Shown here in pieces: positions 62,601 to 64,000 of a stretch of DNA of 64,000 nt (within the stretch, counting starts at the first letter, position 1; each line of letters opens with the position of its first letter). This DNA is from a virus (lineage: Duplodnaviria; Caudoviricetes). The stretch lies in the IMG/VR virus record IMGVR_UViG_2593339199_000003, positions 1-64,000 of that record, one strand, 5' to 3'. Made by a program: the position numbers and the translations under genes. Under the pieces are notes generated by a model. The model did no database searches. It was given only the letters and a program-made list of their open reading frames with translations, and had not been told where the DNA came from.

Positions 62601-64000
62601 TTCCAGACCGTCTCGTCGGCCGTGAAGATGTTCGTACCATCGATGTTTGCGCCGATCCGATTCGAGCCTTTCACGCGATAGTCGGATTCCCAAATCATCA
62701 TGTAGAAGTTGCGCTTATCCTTGGCCTTGAAGATGATACCGATGACGTCATCGTCCTGTGGGCCGACAGTTGGATCCGGGTTGCCTTCTCCGATCGTCTT
62801 GAAATCGAACTCAACTTCGTAGCTATCCCACCCATAATACTCGCCGCCGGCCCCCTTGGCGATGATGCCGCTGAAACACATACGGTTCGAGTTGTCATAG
62901 ATGTATTTGCCGTCGCTGCTTTTCTTCCAAACGTCGCTGCTGCCGTAGCCAACATAATCACCTGCAGACGAGGTGAACAGATCCTTCACGTCGCCCTGGT
63001 CCTGCACTTCGTAGAAGGCCTCGTAATTGACCGCCCATTCCAGCGTCTTCTTGCCGACCGCGCCAGCGATCTCCATGTTGATCTCGTATTCTTTCTGGAT
63101 AGGAAGCATCCGGTCTTCCTTAATCGTGAAGCCAAACTTCTTCGGCGGGTAGGCATCGATGCCAATTTTGTAAGGCGATTCATTGTAGGTTACATAGAGG
63201 TCGCCTTTGTACCAGATGCTGTACTGGAAGTTCAACTCTGGATAAATCAGGATCTGATGCTTACGTTTCCCCCGGAGCCGCGCGGCATATTGGAATGACT
63301 GAACGGCCACTTCATGTTGCGGCTTCTTAACCATGAGATCATCATGATCGCCGATACCGGACTTGATCGCATGCGCCATATCGACGCTGCCGTGGGAGCG
63401 GCCGTACAGTGTGGTGCTGAAGCCTTTACCATCCACGTAGTTCGATTCAAATTTCGGATCGCTCCACTGTTCATCCGTGTCCTCTGCAGGGAAGTAGGTC
63501 TGCTCGGAAGAGCCATCGGCTGGGAGCGGGTCCGGTGTAGCCATTATGCTGATCATCTCTTCGCTGACCGTGACCACGACTTGCTTAGCCAGCGATCCGG
63601 CCTTGGCCATGATGGTAGCGGAGCCGTTGACGACACCCTCAAGGGTTAAGGCGCTTTCGGTTTGCTTGTTGATCTGAACGATGCCATTGTCCTGCACTTC
63701 CCATGTTACCGGAGCAGCGTCCCCATTTAGCACTTGTGCAAAGAAAGTCAGTGACTGCCCGGGTGCGATATGCGCGCTTGCCGGCGTGACATTCAGGATG
63801 GGCTGCATTTGACCCTGCGCCGTGATCGTCGTGATCGACTGGCTGCCGTAAGCGGTGGCTCGGACTTGAATGTCCCCGGCGCTCAGTGCCTTGATGGTGA
63901 CACCTTTCCCGCTCCGGCTACTGATGCTTGCGATCTCCTCACCCTGCACGATGTCCCAAGTAATCGCAGAATCCACATGACCCATGTCCTCGAACATGAC
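56696..64000 (-). CDS. Giant (>2430 aa, 5'-partial) putative tail/adhesin protein: Ig-like, two thrombospondin-C-like, PA14
   Basis: Frame open to the window edge; QDDDVIGIIF, GDDDMYGAIF, WRGNIYAPTAGLYQFHSTSDDGFRLWVN. Confidence 0.85.
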   Translation of the reverse strand, partial: VMFEDMGHVDSAITWDIVQGEEIASISSRSGKGVTIKALSAGDIQVRATAYGSQSITTITAQGQMQPILNVTPASAHIAPGQSLTFFAQVLNGDAAPVTWEVQDNGIVQINKQTESALTLEGVVNGSATIMAKAGSLAKQVVVTVSEEMISIMATPDPLPADGSSEQTYFPAEDTDEQWSDPKFESNYVDGKGFSTTLYGRSHGSVDMAHAIKSGIGDHDDLMVKKPQHEVAVQSFQYAARLRGKRKHQILIYPELNFQYSIWYKGDLYVTYNESPYKIGIDAYPPKKFGFTIKEDRMLPIQKEYEINMEIAGAVGKKTLEWAVNYEAFYEVQDQGDVKDLFTSSAGDYVGYGSSDVWKKSSDGKYIYDNSNRMCFSGIIAKGAGGEYYGWDSYEVEFDFKTIGEGNPDPTVGPQDDDVIGIIFKAKDKRNFYMMIWESDYRVKGSNRIGANIDGTNIFTADETVWNDGNHMAYSRNYLSSDSLWSAYQTGTGWKTQHRRIYKVTDGKMYKVNATDLGGGNGWDYQTMESMKVRCTGKHAEIFVRHSLTEEYAKVFEFDTDWENGAFGACNWSQAVEFHGIRVKHWIKFTGREPQTGWAQFDEITPSPKTINPSSSDYIKVNLLARMAQLGVTGKAYTIGSISAEVKDSTAGAAFAGVGQPVTVKTFNSPNAGTTQSFTYTKKGTFEVTPDNIDNTSGAVVFEDIDDFFRAEKSNFLASHADLSPDAITATYTIVKPASSDTEFAFENNKKLIFWHGDPEHVITEKTYEYSVYAYDGWVAARDLKEFVGGKWATYTLTLQDSGEYTIDPAHHAWKWAKAGTVTTHHDPTDVLMLKTTEWYQGTFPADIKNEGVANSDEPTYVDVPPNHEHYVDPYTGAPMPAVYANVHYVLHKYPVGKLSFLWMYWESKPGQTTRNTSSSVNVITSEPLLFTDRQNDRVVIKCDADPRYVPWISGKYIGQGKVNGKRPFFSSGAGKANMVDVPTDTVFLPPNLTHIEGPFIETDNENVTIEYDTFKKTVNFMSDYQDAYVWYTDWYTDWVEDPRSFYADNESVTTIGDTISINPMLDPNYDENVFIEKIEAISSNPFVSVWLDKQDGDTSGLLGTYYRYPLQTKILKESFVVGGDYHVKEQLFTVQEAVAAHREDGEPAREVFLAGQAAVRGRAAATEQKTAHTIYVPAGESSLKILTSFMQNTGDTFPDMIVHAPNGETFGITANNGTWAQTAISKTIFENGNLITAASKYDYSGGADVYELMTFTRPIEGSWMVEVYNQGITDTDYAITSNIGNTVQQQFYTDFAADPWNVQIKVNGISITDFVVDDKRITLGPVLLKTDLLDINYTAGGYQIDELPMQSTFSFNDLQPFTILSVQRNGVEIPQSSTEGYTVDGQQFQLHGSYVTPGDVKVRYATGSITNLFELTQDPGLGVTVYLNGVKLDPSKYSLSGRTLVVDRSMLNPKDWIHVQSYEVTGSFDPSKANYLGDVQFSRVDARIDFNWGSQSPFVSTEPVGTNAAAFTSQSVILDQMSFNLNVDLDISYPSDEVIDISNFTGEWIKFDENVGADVGDWHGPPEDGYSKVTNLANQSYRSGFFNPNHRDFTDYTFSFKVQEVASGDDDMYGAIFRFDPGTLNFYSFEMDAYWSRNMVGGTDAKGMGIYRNICLNPSQYGVAKLQYTKVMLAHLDEGWTFGADETNEIKVKLVGRSITVWVNGTEKFSIVDSAPDAILKGAWGPVTASQPKTYFWDFKASRMLLNTFVQSPGQRHTISAQVDRPITDSPKTLTVIVKDISIHDEFLQEINNFLAAHPGMTEADISCSFKIMNDASITKTSFDKAAAHGTLTIDGTSRVVAEITTKPASAPDAPDWSDYRHLPRTYLDPNAPLDVYTPDLPEPYIAPIQVPASGSPSDGFAISWRGNIYAPTAGLYQFHSTSDDGFRLWVNRVQVIDAWRDEPDTNSGSINLEGGRWYEISATYYENTGSAMVKLEWTQPGGTKEIVPSSRLAPFLGYAINAQVRSAAPLPWNPMLHNGYYYFQEKEQYLFAEKIRLVKTPVDQQILISPRPQQGAAFIVRDNEGNNLRKVAFFEEVRNAAGLLTGVNQTLENIESMSGNGYAKYYLQYKAIDPDTLVVTLNGITISSTQYIFNPKNSSIEFMNNLGFDDIMEFRYKLLYSFYVDYNYDVENDVARIVLHNNYDPTMMQDMEIIYEGAKDTPFYRAEEVSFNPILNHNHRGFLCLTNKVDQDPKVLEISISPKSLPAGSTGKVLVTGRALDKYNNPIQNKEVDIYRDGELMFSGKTNRAGEVYLYDQPIMPSDNITNYQIVCADLSNMEQLSFYAPNVANRVYLEMKTSKAVLLAGQNDEATITITLRDENWGVLTGKQIRVAYKDTKGVTRSFVPTTDDYGQTSITISGLSQEQGVFAVTATCTVGAEESSNFIFLKVIGA

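Larger units (their letters stand above)
1..64000. mobile_element. Segment of a large temperate phage / phage-plasmid (Bacillales host, Paenibacillus-like)
   Basis: Phage-type gene content (own DnaE, helicase, AEP primase, Rad52-like, RusA, nrdIEF, holins, amidase, giant structural proteins), tightly coupled co-oriented ORFs, plus plasmid-like initiator, iterons and TA module. No housekeeping gene blocks; boundaries lie outside the window. Confidence 0.85.

Noticed and set aside
24869-63298. Many long plus-strand ORFs (e.g. 24869..25891, 32320..33396, 35052..36425, 61016..62578)
   Set aside because: They mirror well-supported minus-strand genes codon for codon, as expected from GC3 bias; no RBS or motifs.
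42682-64000. Diversity-generating retroelement or invertible cassette for the adhesin genes
   Set aside because: No reverse transcriptase, recombinase or template/variable repeat pair seen in the window.

Overview
A gene-dense, GC-rich 64 kb piece of a large temperate phage or phage-plasmid, probably from a Paenibacillus/Bacillales host (inferred from Firmicutes-type RBSs, sigma-A promoters, DinR/LexA boxes, and rtp and remA homologues). Almost everything after 6.5 kb is on the minus strand. Left end (1-6.5 kb): plasmid-type maintenance module with an O-like replication initiator carrying 21-bp iterons and an AT-rich unwinding region, a probable antisense copy-control RNA, a PemK/MazF toxin with a small upstream ORF, and a LexA-box operon encoding an RTP homologue and an ATP-dependent ligase. 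Middle (6.5-36.5 kb): replication, recombination and nucleotide genes (dnaE, DnaB-like helicase, AEP primase, Rad52-like, RusA, two PD-(D/E)XK nucleases, nrdIEF, tmk, dCMP deaminase, nucleotidase, MazG-like), plus a sigma factor, RemA, an S8 protease and an amidase. Right (36.6-64 kb): two holin-like genes and very large, probably virion-associated proteins (PKD, vWA, thrombospondin-C-like, PA14, Ig-like). No capsid, terminase, integrase, tRNA, rRNA or CRISPR array was recognised. Strongest unexplained signals: (1) eight unrelated small proteins share an N-terminal tag M-E-L-[LIM]-x-x-Y-[LITM]; (2) an 83-aa membrane protein gene is overprinted inside dnaE and reshapes its codon usage; (3) a palindrome TGTAATGCATTACA recurs at seven or more promoters. 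All calls come from reading motifs by eye; no searches were run.
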